Shown here: one piece after another, positions 39,971 through 52,794 of the stretch
How positions within the stretch are numbered: position 1 is the stretch's first letter
Layout: every line of letters starts with the position of its first letter
Source of the DNA: Podarcis erhardii
Taxonomy: Eukaryota
Length of the DNA stretch: 64,000 nt
NCBI GenBank assembly: GCA_964252035.1
Contig: OZ176205.1
Reading direction: 5' to 3' (one strand)
The notes under the pieces: model-generated
Told to the model about the DNA's origin: nothing
What the model saw: only the letters and a program-made list of their open reading frames with translations
Databases searched by the model: none
Position numbers and translations under genes: made by a program

Positions 39971-40559
39971 TTGTAAAATATGTATTACTTAAGTAATACT
40001 GGAAAGTGTTTCTGCCATTTTATTACAGCACATTTATTGTCAGTATAAGACTCAGTTGCTAGCATTTCTACTTAAAGGATTCATGGTTAAGATATCTATT
40101 GATGGGGCCTGTTTATGCATGATAAAATTGCATATGTCTATTTTGCTTCATATGCAAATGGGAGGAGACCAATACACACATCTGCCGTAATTACATGTGG
40201 TAGGAACTTTCTGCCAATCATATACATGTAACAAAATATACATGGGTGTTTGCCATATACTACTGTATAAATGCTCTCCTGTGGCTTTATTATTAGTTCA
40301 TGTTGACAGTAGTGCCCTAGATGGGCCGTTCCTCTGCTTCAACTAGAAAGCATTTCCAAATATAATTCCATTATGTCCTTCAAATACATATTTTGTACTG
40401 CAGCTCAAAAATGTGTAAGATACTTATATTTTTGTCATTTGAAATTCTTATGCCTATTAGCATAGTTTGCAGATCTGGAATGTTAAGATTTAGATATAAA
40501 AACCCCCCAATGATTGATGGCTTTGTGACATAGACTAACAAATGTACTTAACGTTTCAG

Positions 40560-40689
40560 TTTATCTTTATTAGAGGAATTCGACTGCAGCTGTAATGAAC
40601 TAGAGTCTCTACCTCCCACCATTGGCTACTTGCACAGTCTGCGGACACTAGCTGTAGATGAAAATTTCCTGCCTGAACTGCCTAGAGAA
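40560..40689 (+). CDS. LRRC7: LRRC7 LRR exon, 130 bp: [43 protein letters not shown]
   Basis: Acceptor acgtttcag, donor gtaagg, phase 2/0. Confidence 0.96.
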
Positions 40690-42867
40690 GTAAGGATATA
40701 TTTTGAAATATGATTACTCGAAAATTTTCCTGTCTTTATCCAGAATAAATTTACACTGAAGGCACTATTACCAAATCAGAGTTTGGTCTCAATACAAAAG
40801 GGCAATATTCACATAAAAATGATGAATTTCAAACATTTTTAATTTCTAAAGTTTTGTATCAGCTTGTAAATGTTACATCATACTTTGAAAATAGGGCAGT
40901 TTGGAAGTTAACAATCCAGTGCAACCATTAGGTAACAATTTATTTCTTCAGGGAGCAGTGCCCACAAGGAGGAGTCAATATGCTGACCACTCCTTTGCCA
41001 CAATGCTTTCTGTACACATTTCTACTCTTTCTTACTGAGGATGCTTCCAACACATTCAGGAGCTTCAGGCTGATGTCATTCTTGGTGCACCATCTTCATT
41101 CTCAGAACTGTTGTATGAAGACATGACAAACCAAGTAGACTGGGACCCTATGGTTACAATTTTTCATCTTCATGCGAGCCTTTCCTAACTGAGAGCTTGG
41201 AAATAGAACAGCAGTGGTTTTATCAGTTTGGTGCAGCTGAGGTTGTTAGACATAATGCCCAAAATTGATTAACTTGTCTGCAAGATGGTATCTAGTAACT
41301 GGTTCTACTAGAATACACAGGTGATTTCCTTACACGGTGTAATGGTGTGGGAACAGACCTTCTAAAGGCAAAAAAACCCCAGACATTTTTGGAAATTGCC
41401 TTGCCTTCAAAGGTCTTTGGTTTCTAAAGTGTTCATTCACTTAACCCTATAGTGAGTCAAAGATTTCCAACTTGGAATCATAATGCAGTTCTCATCGGTC
41501 AATATGTTGAGCATATGCTTTTTTCCACTCAAGAGTTTGAGATTATCAGTATTGGGATTCATTCAAATATAAAGGGTTGAGTACATTCTAAAAGAATAAA
41601 AGGCATATCCACTCCCAATTGGTGGCAACTTGTTATCCTTAGGTTAGGATTCAAATGATTCTTGCATGTTTATGAGTCTCTTCCTCTTTGGCTTTCTGAT
41701 TATTGATTGAATATTGTTTTTGTATTTATTTGTTATGATTTTGCATTGGTTTAAGTCTTTATACCTTGTATATGAATAGAAATACATTATATAAATAAAT
41801 AAAATAAATTATGTTACACTAGATTTGAAACACCACCTTCACTCAGTTTGTTGCAAATTGTCTTCTATCCCTTTGAATAAATTGGCTCTTAGTGTTGTAT
41901 AAGTTGTGGACAAAATATGCAGGAACAGAAAAATAGTTCCAATAGCTCCATGCAGATTTCAGATCTGGCCAAAAGCTGCAAAGTGAAAACATTCCATCCT
42001 AGGGGGAGATGAAGTCAATTTCTCAACCTGTGTTATAATCCAGAGCAGCTGACAGTACCGAATCTGGCTTCTAAAAGCATAATTCCAACTCCTGTCAGTC
42101 AAAAGTATGGGTTTTGCAGCCAAGGCCAGTGTTCTTTGTCACAATCTTTGCCAGGTTCTTGGTTAAAGCTTTGGTATGATGGTGATAAAGAACCACTCAA
42201 TCAAAGCAACAGCAGTTTCTGTAGCTTGAATGCAGGAATACTCATTCAAGGCATTTGCAAATCAGTGACATGAGTTCAAGCCACACATCTGTTGAACACT
42301 ATAGATCATTTTTACATTCTTCTCCCACATCACATCACTTCATCAGAAAATGTCTAAAATATACAAGACTCAAGCCTAGCTTCTGCTCACATCCACATTG
42401 CATATCTTGAGAAATGGGTGATATTGGCATGGGAATAAACTGTCTCATGTACCTTGTGGCCTGTATTTTCTCTTGTGACATATATGCTGGAGTGGTTTTC
42501 AAGCGGCTTATACTGCATTACATCATAGCTTAGGTGATGTCAGGGGAGGCCTTAAGGTGCCACATCTCTGTCCCGACAGATATTTCTGTGAGGCAGTTAC
42601 TTAGAAAGGCTTGGTAACTTAAGGGAGTAGTTTTCATATAACATAGAGGGAGTAGCATCTAGATGATAAGTGGTGGGTGGTATATACGTGTGCCTACCAT
42701 TGGGATCTAAGTTTTTTATGGGTAATGAATGCAAAGGTTTGTGGTTTGTAAAAGAGGGTTCCATGTCTGCTGCAGGGCTCTATACTTTATGCATTGCTAA
42801 TGCATGATAATGTTACTACCATGGAGCATGGAGTTTCTTCCATAAATGATCTAAATAGGTCAAATTA

Positions 42868-43217
42868 AAAGTAAAGTGACCCCTGACCATTAGGTCCAGT
42901 CGTGACCGACTCTGGGGTTGTGGTGCTCATCTCGCTTTATTGGCCGAGGGAGCCGGTGTACAGCTTCCGGGTCATGTGGCCAGCATGACTAAGCCGCTTC
43001 TGGCGAAGCAGAGCAGCGCACGGAAACACCGTTTATCTTCCCGCCGGAGCGGTACCTACTTATCTACTTGCACTTTGAGGTGCTTTTGAACTGCTAGGTT
43101 GGCAGGAGCTGGGACCGAGCAACAGGAGCTCACCCCGTCGCAGGGATTCGAACCGCCAACCTTCTGATCAGCAAGTTCTAGGCTCTGTGGTTTAACCCAC
43201 AGCGCCACCTGCGTCCC
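42868..43217 (-). mobile_element. Full-length Sauria-type SINE
   Basis: Reverse-complement counterpart of the SINE at 4785-5138, with a 16-bp TSD taaataggtcaaatta (42852-42867, 43218-43233). Confidence 0.9.
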
Positions 43218-43526
43218 TAAATAGGTCAAATTAGGATGTGTTTAAAAAGGTAAAGGTACCTATCACCGTTAGGTCCAGTCATGGATGAGATTTAGGATGA
43301 CTTAATTAGGCTAGAGGTCAGATAAAGAGAAAAGCATTCATATTTTCTAGAATTTTTATACTTCTTCGTGATTTTCCCTTATTGATCAGCATCGAGATCA
43401 GCACCAAACAACATGTAAAAAAGCATATATAATTAAGTTATTTTAAAGATGTAACTAAGCTACCTATATAGATGGCAATTATGGTGACATAGCCCATGCC
43501 TTAACAATTGTTTTTGACGCCTACAG

Positions 43527-43642
43527 ATTGGAAGTTGTAAGAATGTAACAGTTATGTCTCTGCGCTCTAACAAACTGGAATTTCTTCCTGATGAGATTGG
43601 ACAAATGCAGAAACTCAGAGTCTTAAACTTGAGTGACAACAG
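43527..43642 (+). CDS. LRRC7: LRRC7 LRR exon, 116 bp: [38 protein letters not shown](R)
   Basis: Acceptor tttttgacgcctacag, donor gtaatg, phase 0/2. Confidence 0.96.
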
Positions 43643-45451
43643 GTAATGCTTTTATTATTTTAGATTTCTTGCATAATCAGTCCACTTTTGAACCGAGAAC
43701 TGTTCAAAACGTATCCTAACATTTTTCTCTTAAAGCATTGCCAGATTATCAGCTGACAGAACAACATATGTGCAGATATGTTAATTTGTTTCATGGGATC
43801 CAGACAGCTTTCCTGAAGAAAGCATTTCTCTTTTTCATTAGTTGAACAACAGCAATGACATTATTGTTGGCATAAAGTTATTTAGGTGCTGCACAAAGTT
43901 TATTAAATAGCACAATACCTTCCACAGGTTTACAAACTAATGGATGTAATTAAAAAGGAGAAGGAACAAGGACACAGTTGCTCTAAACCATGTAGCGTAG
44001 AGAGAAAAGAGAAATGTCAAAAACATTTCTGGTTTAGAAAGCCACAAGAGGCTACTTCATCAAAGGAGGAAGGCAGAGCTAAAACTGGGTTCCTCCCAGT
44101 GGAGGTTCTACAAACCTCTGGTGTCCAACTTGCAGAACAGGATGACCTTCTCCTCTGAATGAGAATTACATTTAATTCATAAAGAAGAACGCAAACATTT
44201 GATAAATGTTGCAGATAGTCTCTCTTTTTTTGCTTAAATATTTCAGGTCATTTTATGAATAATATGTTATCAACTGACATTTTCCAGAGGCTGCAGTAAT
44301 TAAAGCTGAAATTCTATGATTCATTTAACTGAAAAGGGTAGCAAAAAAAAAATTCAACTTCAACTAATTTAAACATCCCTGTTCTTCTTGTTGGAACTAA
44401 TTAGAGTTTTCTATATAGCACTTGTTTCCTCCCACATGCAGTCATTTAAAACACAAAAGTGGGAATAATTTCACAGAATCAGCATACTGATATTGTGATT
44501 TAATTTTCATTTAGCATGAACCATGTTTGTAAATGTAGTGCCCTAATAGGGTTAAAGGGTCTTGAAATCAAACATTCTGGTACTTGGATGGGGCCTGTGT
44601 TATATGGAATGTAAAGGGTTAAAAGGTAACTGGCTGCAACCATTGCTCCTCCTGTGATTCAGTGAGTAGGATTTATGGTATGTTTGTGTGTGTTTTTAGC
44701 TCTCTACCTGTTCAGTTCTATGTAAGCTGGACTCAGAACTAGTCCTGTTTATTGTCCGCTTCATAAAGCAACTGTCTTTCTGTCCCCTTGGAGTCTTTTG
44801 TAGTGCACGGTTAACAGGAAGGTATGCAACTGAATAAGTAGATACATAAAGAGGGACCCAGTTAAGAATATTTCGTGGTTCCTGTTTCTGCTGACATCCC
44901 AGCCCAAGGGTTATGCCAGAAATACAGTTTCCAAGAAGCTGGTGTGTCAGGACAATGTGCACCACAACTGGAGAAAATGGAAGCAGAGCTCTGAAGCTTT
45001 TCTGGTGGAACAGATATAAAGGACAGCAGGTTCCAAACTGCCCTATTTCTGCATGTTGTTAGAGAAGAGGCTAGGGAGGGTGTCAGAATGAGATTTATGA
45101 TGGACACAAGGGAAAAGCAATAATCCCAGTGTCACAGATTTAAAGATGCTGGCCCTGCGGTGAGAGGGCACTTTCATAGGAGACTGCTAAGCTTGCCCTC
45201 ATGTTTGAGCACATATCCAGCATAACAGTGAAAGCTATTCCTAAAAAAAGCACAAGCCTTTATTAATTCTTTTGTAAATGCATGCTAGCGTGAAAGTGAT
45301 TCATAAGGATTTTATTCTGGTAGCAGTCAAAAGTGAGACATTTAGCAGCTGGAAGACATTTGCAGGGTTTCCTTGCAGCAATGGTGTTCTTGAGTTTGGA
45401 ATACTGCCTTGGCTAAAAACTTAACACATAACAATAGATTAGGTAGGGGGT

Positions 45452-45461
45452 ACACACACAC

Positions 45462-45522
<61 letters not shown>
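45452..45522. repeat. Compound microsatellite (AC)5-(GT)n-(AG)n
   Basis: acacacacac, then gtgtgt... to 45486, then agagag... to 45522. Confidence 0.95.
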
Positions 45523-45525
<3 letters not shown>

Positions 45526-45727
45526 CTTCTCTGAGTATTTAGGAAATTAAATTATGTATACATTTTTAACTGGGAAAATATTCTTTGAAAAAGAATCAAG
45601 TATTTCCATAAAGATGTCTTTTAAAAGCAATTCAAGAGGCTGTCATCTGACTGTTAAAATGCTGCATAAATATCTTGACAATGTTTAAGTAAATACTCAA
45701 GTTGTCCCAATTTTGTTATTTTTACAG

Positions 45728-45797
45728 ATTGAAAAATTTGCCTATCACTTTTACAAAACTTAAAGAACTTGCAGCTTTGTGGCTTTCAGACAACCAG
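45728..45797 (+). CDS. LRRC7: LRRC7 LAP-specific region exon, 70 bp: [23 protein letters not shown]
   Basis: Acceptor tatttttacag, donor gtaaag, phase 2/0. Confidence 0.96.
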
Positions 45798-47024
45798 GTA
45801 AAGATTTTAATGTCTGTTCTCATTTTAACAGCTAAATAAAAGGGCAGCAAGCTCAGCTGTATTTGTATTTGTAAAATATTTATGGTGAACTTAAAAGTGT
45901 TTAAACCTGTTAAAGTAGATGATGCTTTCTGGCGGGGGGGGGGGGGGAAATAAAAATTATGGGTATAATGCAAAATTGTTCATAGCATCTCAAGTTCTGC
46001 TTCCTTCAAGTTCATCCGTATCATCAGATCTCCCAGCAAACCCCCCAAATATTTTGAAGCACCAAGCAGTGCTAGCCCTACTGTTAGGCAGAGTGCAGTG
46101 ACATGGGGAAGCAGTGAGATGTTGGGCGGCAAGAATTTACTAGTTCAAATAGCAACCTTTTTATGTATTTATTTCCTTCTGTACACTGTGATGGGTGTTT
46201 CACAAGGGAGAGTGCTTAAGACCAAGACCTGTTGAGTCTAACCATCTGTCGGTGATGGGGAACCTCTGATCCACAGGCCTAATTTTGGTCTAGCCATACC
46301 CACCTGCCATCACATACAATGTGGGGTATTTGGCAGTTAAAGATATGCCTGGGCTGAAAGGGATTTTGCAGACAGTGACTCTCAGCTGATCACCGGTGCC
46401 AACAAAGCCCTATATGTTGTAAGCGACAAACATCAGTAGAGTATCAAGGCTTGCAAAGTACTATGCTTTTCCCTGTAGAATTTGATTTCATTCTGACACC
46501 AGGTATTTCAGAGGTTGGCAGCCCTTTCCAACTGTCAGACGTGGCCCATAGAAGGCTGGGGAAAGTAAGGTTCTGCCCCACTGGCTGGATCCAGTTCTCC
46601 ATCCTTGTCATATAAAAAGAGGATGGAGTCTTCTATCTATGATAGAACTGTGGCATTGTAGAGATGTTACAGGAAGGACAGTGTTTATGTAAATGTAAAA
46701 CAGATAATCAGTATACAGGCTTCTGGATCATACTCTTAGTTTTAAGGATACCGCAATTTCTTCTTTAGGACAAAAGGGTGGTAGCATATAGAACAGTATC
46801 TAAGTAATAAGAAAACAACACAGCACCATCTGTTGGTTGGAGCTACTATTTCCTAATCATTACAATGCAATTTAATACCTAGAAATTATGTAGTTAGTAT
46901 TGTTTTGATCAAGAATGTTAATTACAATGCTCATTGTAATGGGACACTATTTGTTAGTGTGCATGATAATTTTAGATGCCATCATTTTGGAGTTATTGTA
47001 ATGTTGTTTGCTTTGAATTTGCAG

Positions 47025-47124
47025 TCCAAGGCCCTTATCCCTCTTCAGACTGAGGCACATCCAGAAACAAAGCAAAGAGTGCTGACCAACTACATGTTTC
47101 CTCAGCAACCTCGTGGTGATGAAG
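47025..47124 (+). CDS. LRRC7: LRRC7 LAP-specific region exon, 100 bp: [33 protein letters not shown](D)
   Basis: Acceptor ctttgaatttgcag, donor gtactt, phase 0/1. The peptide is visible in ORF 46905..47162. Confidence 0.96.
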
Positions 47125-47649
47125 GTACTTATCAAAAAAAAGGAAAGCTATTCAGTAAATAATCAATGTTGACTTAAGTATCCTAAACAATTATTTTATA
47201 GATAGTTGTTGTTTTACAATACAAACCATTCCCTTCCCCCACTTTTAACGTTCATTTTTGATAAACCATAGCAATGAAAGCTAGTGCCTGATTTGGCAGG
47301 GCTGCTAGGAATTCATGGGGGCATGGCCAATGAGTGGTCACTGGACTGTGGCCAAGTTATTCTGGTTTTCTCACCAACCTCCTCCCTTGCTGTGGATACT
47401 TAGGCATTGCAGTTTTACAAACAGCACTTAATACAATTGAAAAGCGTCAGAAGGCATCCCTGCTGTCACAGTTGCTTTCTTCTTAAAGATAGGTTGTGTG
47501 GTCCCCACCTGTTCTGGTTGTCTCCCTGTCCTCCCATGAAAAAGGACTGTTAACAATATATTTACAGACTGTGGGAAAAGATTGTTCCCCTTCCCCAGTT
47601 TATTAAGTTCTACATCTTTTCCCGCCAGAATGTGAAATAAGGTAAAGGG

Positions 47650-47815
47650 ATATTAAGTAGACTAGGACCTGGGAGACCAGGATTAAACTCAGCCACAAAA
47701 CTCACTGTGACCTTGGGCCAGTCACTGTATCTCAGCCTAACCCACCTCACAGGGTTGTAGTGAGGGTAACATGGGGAAAAGAAGACCCATGAATACCACC
47801 TTGAGCTTCAAATAA
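47650..47815 (+). mobile_element. Old MIR/CORE-type SINE fragment
   Basis: gtgaccttgggccagtcactgtatctcagcctaacccacctcacagggttgtagtgagg is a CORE-SINE motif. Boundaries are approximate. Confidence 0.7.
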
Positions 47816-48748
47816 AAATGCTACCTCCTGCCTGCCTATCCCTGATTTTGAATTTGGGGGATAGGCTTCGAATAATGAACACAATTCAGGCCTACAAACA
47901 TTTGACTTGTAGGTCCTCAGCAAATCCAGTATGTGACAACTGTCTGTTGGAACTGTGCTCCTGTACTACATATAGACTCTGCACACTGAGTTCTCATCTG
48001 CAGCGCCCTACTTTTTAAATAGCATTTTAAATTTGTTTTACAGTCTTTTTATACTCACAATGACATGGTTGCTTTGATCATAGTTCAACAAAAAGAACAG
48101 TACTAGCCCCTTCAACACTAACACATTTATTATGGCACAAGTTTTCATGTCAGTTTCATCATTATTGGTAATCCATGAAAGTAATAATGCATTTGCTAGC
48201 CTCTCAAGTGCTACTGGACTGTTGTTTTGTTTCTGCTGGCCCTTTGTTTGAAAGTGTACCAGAGTAATATACCCCATGCCATACAATGAGCCTCTGACAG
48301 AAAATGGGTGGTGGTCTTCTGGTGGGCTAGCTTTTAAAAAAATGATAAAAAGGCCAATAATTGGTAATCAATGAAAGTTTCATTTCTGCTGTAAACCATT
48401 GTGGTTAGAAGTTAGAAACTGGCTCTGGATTCCTAGAACATCATATCAAATGAATTTGCTGAACTTTAGGCAAGTTGGTAGCTGGGAAAGGATGTATGTT
48501 TGCATGGACAAAAATCAAGAGTGACCTTAGCTCACAGCCCCAATCATGCTCATACTGGGCTAACTTGAGGCCTACATGCTTTTGACTATTTGCACCCACA
48601 GATGTTATTTATTTAAAATAAATAATTTAAGATTTGCACAGCTCAATGTTTCCAGTTCAGAGTTATTTGGTTGTTTAAGTTGATATTGTGGGTAAAGTTT
48701 TATTACTAGGTATCTTTTGATTATGATGTTAATTTCTACTCTAATTAG

Positions 48749-48873
48749 ATTTCCAGTCTGACAGTGATAGTTTTAATCCTACTCTATGGGAGGAGCAAAG
48801 ACAGCAACGTATGACTGTTGCCTTTGAATTCGAAGAAAAAAAGGAAGAGGAGGAAAATGCAGGAAAAGTTAAG
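48749..48873 (+). CDS. LRRC7: LRRC7 exon, 125 bp: [41 protein letters not shown]
   Basis: Acceptor ctactctaattag, donor gtaact, phase 1/0. Confidence 0.95.
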
Positions 48874-48960
48874 GTAACTAGGATTATCATCCTTGGTTTT
48901 TTTGTAGTAAATAAGTAGGTGTTGCTAAGTGTGTGTTTAACCAATATAGACATGAGTAAG

Positions 48961-49043
48961 GCTGCAATCCTATACTCACCTATCTGAAAATAAGTCCCAT
49001 TGAACTCAGTGGTGCTTACTTCGACATGCAATGGATTGCACTG
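48961..49043. repeat. Short palindromic MITE-like element
   Basis: Ends tgcaatcc / ggattgca, with internal taagtcccattgaactcagtggtgctta symmetry. Related degenerate copies appear near 14650, 14990 and 61820. Confidence 0.5.
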
Positions 49044-50213
49044 CAAATCTCTTTAAGAATTTGACTGTGATTCCTACTGTCATGATTGGACCTTCAATTG
49101 CTGGCTAGGGTACATGAAATTTCCAGATGCACTGTTAAAATCTCATATTCCACAGTTGTCAATTAGAAAGTCCTCTTTGATGGGCTTCCTCATTTAAGTG
49201 CAGTCCAGAAGTTTGCTCTTGCCTTTAAAAGTCAACCTGCTGATACACATATTTTCTTCTCTTGATATTTGCCATAATGTCCCCTTAAAGCATGTGACAT
49301 TTAGAACTAAAGGGATTGGCACTTTTACAAATATATAGAGAGAGTAAGAATTAGATATTGCCTCACTGCAAATCTTGTTTTGCAGAACAGAAATGAAACT
49401 GATAGAAGTGAATCTTGCTGTGCTGTTTATGAGACACAATTACCAAAAGGATAACAATGTGTGATCAATAGAAACTGATGGCTTAGGTTCACAAAGACCA
49501 TTTCTAATTCGCTAACTCAGAACTGTCACATCAGATGAAACAAACAGCCTTTTAAGCAGATATTTCTGTTCTGTATAAAATTGAGGGAGGGAAATAGGTT
49601 AGATTCCTTTATACAAGCCAAGTGTAATGTGAAATGGCAGTTGCACAGGGAAAAAATATTGTAGGAGTCAAGTTAATTAACAAGTCCTGACGTAAATATC
49701 TTCTTTCAGAAGTTTAAACAAGGCACAAAAGACTTTATAAGACACAAAAATGGCTGATCTATTGCTCATCAGATTGCTATATTTAGCTCCAAGTAATCAT
49801 TCCACAGCCACCAAAATTTCAACACCTTGAATATTACATTTCAGTGACAGCTGAAATTGTCACCTTAGTACAAGAGATGTTTTTTCTTGAATTTCTGTCT
49901 CCTGCACAAAAAAACTTTGCAGTCTCAGTGTTCATATGCATTTGTTCTTTCAAAACCAATGAAAGGATTCATAAGCCCATAATATAACAAACATGAAGAC
50001 CACTTAGTGGGAATTCAGCTCTATCTTTTCAATAGTATCTTCAGTGTTCACTAGAAGTATTTCTTAGGTTTCCAGCCCACAAAGACAGCCCATATAGCAT
50101 GCATTTTACACAATATTCAATAATACAGAAATTATTTTCTGATCTTTATATTAAAAATATGCCCAATCTGCTCCACATTCAGAATTGGAGTTGGCCTTGA
50201 CATGATTATTATA

Positions 50214-51069
50214 CCGTATTTTTTGTCCCATAGGACGCTCCATCCCATAGGACGCACCTCATTTGGGGGGGGGGAAATAAAGGGGGGGAAATTCCCTTTA
50301 TTTCCCCCCCCAAACCAGGTCGGGGAAACCAAACCAGGTCGGGGAACAGCGGTATGGCGGCGCTCCACCTCCCCGCTGTCCCCCGAGCTTGTGGGGCTGG
50401 CGCTGGGGAGAAGAAGCTGGGGAGTTCCCGCAGGGCTCCCCACGCTGCGGATGTCTGCCCGGCGCGAGGGGCACTCTGCTTCAGGGCGCCCTCGCGCCGG
50501 GCGGCAGGCTGCTATCCGCAGCTTAGGGAGCCCTGCGGGAACTCCCGCAGGGCTCCCCACGCTGCGGATGTCTGCCCGGCGCGAGGGGCGCTTTGCTTCA
50601 GGGCGCCCTCGCGCCGGGTGGCAGCCTGCTATCCGCAGCTTAGGGAGCCCTGCGGGAACTCCCGCAGGGCTCCCCACGCTGCGGATGTCTGCCCGGCGCG
50701 AGGGGCGCTTTGCTTCAGGGCGCCCTCGCGCTGGGCTGCAGGCTGCTATCCGCAGCTTAGGGAGCCCTGCGGGAACTCCCTACGCTGCGGATGTCTGCCC
50801 GGCGCGAGGGGCGCTCTGCTTCAGGGTGCCCCACGCGCTGGGCGGCAGGCTGCTATCCACAGCCTAGGGAGCCCTGTGGGAACTCCCGCGGGCTCCCCAG
50901 GCTTGCTGATAGCTTCCTGAAGCCTGGAGAGCGAGAGGGGTCGGTGCGCACCGACCCCTCTCGCTCTCCAAGCTTCAGCGAAAGCCTGTATTCGCCCTAT
51001 AGGACGCACACAGATTTCCCCTTCATTTTTGGAGGGGGGAAAGTGCGTCCTATAGGGTGAAAAATACGG
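50214..51069. mobile_element. Tc1/mariner Tc2-like (MER104/Kanga-type CCGTA termini) non-autonomous element, 856 bp
   Basis: Imperfect TIRs of about 25 bp, ccgtattttttgtcccataggacgc and gcgtcctatagggtgaaaaatacgg, flanked by TA at 50212-13 and 51070-71. Confidence 0.85.
50419..50899. repeat. GC-rich minisatellite with a 117-bp unit, about 4 copies, inside the Tc2-like element
   Basis: The anchor atgtctgccc occurs at 50451, 50568, 50685 and 50791, giving spacings of 117, 117 and 106. Confidence 0.93.
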
Positions 51070-52794
51070 TATTCTAGCAAGCAAGTACACCTGATGTGTG
51101 TCAAAACCAAGTACTTCCAGCAGCTGTTTTGTAAAAGCATTGCCTTGCTGTTTTGGGGCAAATATGTTTTACTTTAAAATGAGATTGACCGAGGTCAAGA
51201 GTCACATCTATTAGTCAAATCATTTGTTTTTGGAACAAGCCTTGAAATTGATGTTAGTTGCCAGGAATAAAGAAAAATCAGACCTGTCTTTCTTGAGTTC
51301 TTACTCTATTTCCCTCTTTTATTCTACAGATATCTGAGAGGGTGGGAAACTGCCTTACTCTTCATATAATCCTCAAACAAAAATAATACTTTATTAAAAT
51401 GAAAAGTAAGATTGGGTTGTATCCAGCGGCATCCCTCTGCTGAAAGAAGGTTCTTTGATCCAGTGGAGGTGTATGTGAGCCAAAGGGAAGGAAGTGTTTT
51501 CCATAGACTCCCCCTTTCTTCTGCAGTCCCCTTAACTACTTACATAACTGTTCCAAAGGATTTCCTGTTGAACAAATTTGGGGGAGCTGCACAGAGAAGG
51601 GAATGAGCTAAAATCGCCTTTGCCACTTTCCACTAACATGAGCTTCTGCTGGATCAAAAAGCATACTGTCGCAAAAATGAGCAATGTATGTATGGACGCA
51701 GTGGGATATTCATCCATTGTATCTGACTTTTTGTGGATATCCCTTTAAAAAGTAAAATATATAAAACTTTTTTTAGCAAATAGAAAGCAAAACAAAAACT
51801 GTATTGGTAGCTCTCTAGGACACACATACTTATGAGGGTTCATTTTTGTACAGGAGAATGGCAAAAGATGTTTTAAAGCAGTGAAGAGGCTAAGTAGTTC
51901 CATGTTAAGCCATAGCCTGTGTTATTTCACTTCCCATATATCTTCACATGACAATCAACATTTCTTATACTTCTAATGTTATTTTATTGAAAATCAAAAC
52001 ACAGTCACTTCCAGTAACGTTGCCTTTATGCCTGAAAGGTTTGAACTAATCAATGAGACTGTACAATTAAATCCCATCTGTATAAATGTCAGTAAATAAT
52101 GCTTTTTAATGGCTTTATTCATTTCAGCTTCCGTTTTCATTTTAGTAAACAATTAAAAAAGAAACCTGTATATAAAAATATGGTTCTGTCTAATGCTGAG
52201 TGAGCAGAAAACAGCTCATACAATGGCTCTTTCCTGCAGCCCTGTACTCCTTCACAGTGTTTCTCTAGGAGGTCCTGAGCGGTGTGGTCTGTATCATGTG
52301 GGGCTATAGTAGTAGGGGGAAATCACACAAAACCAGGAAGAAGAATCTTGTACCAACAGCATGCAAGATTCCTCTGCCTGATTTGGTGTGTTTTCCCGCT
52401 TATACTGTAGTCTCCTGCAACACACAGTGCAGGAGGGCTCTTGACCTTCTCAAGGGGCTTTTGTGTCAAGGGTCCAGGTAGCTGCAGTGGGCAATTTCGC
52501 CAGGTGTCCTTTTGCTTAAAAATAAGATAAACTGGGTTTCAAAACTTTTGATGTCATGCTAGACAGGTGAACTTATGTTCAGCTCATCACCATTTTTTTA
52601 TTCATAGGATAAAGATAAGCGTGTTTCTGAATGGTGGTAAAAAATTAAATTTTATCATTTTTTGTTAATTCACAAACTAGAAAAGTGATCTATTTGCCTG
52701 CGTCAGGGGTAGATAATCTTTTGCACTCAAGAGTTGCATGTGGCAGTGGTCAGGGGATCCGTAGCAGTAATAAGTGGGCCTGAAAGTGGTAGCT

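Noticed and set aside
50132-51090. 181-221 aa ORFs with 39-aa repeats, and a possible CRISPR-like array
   Set aside because: The ORFs are explained by the 117-bp minisatellite. Units are contiguous with no unique spacers, and the context is a vertebrate intron, so this is not CRISPR.
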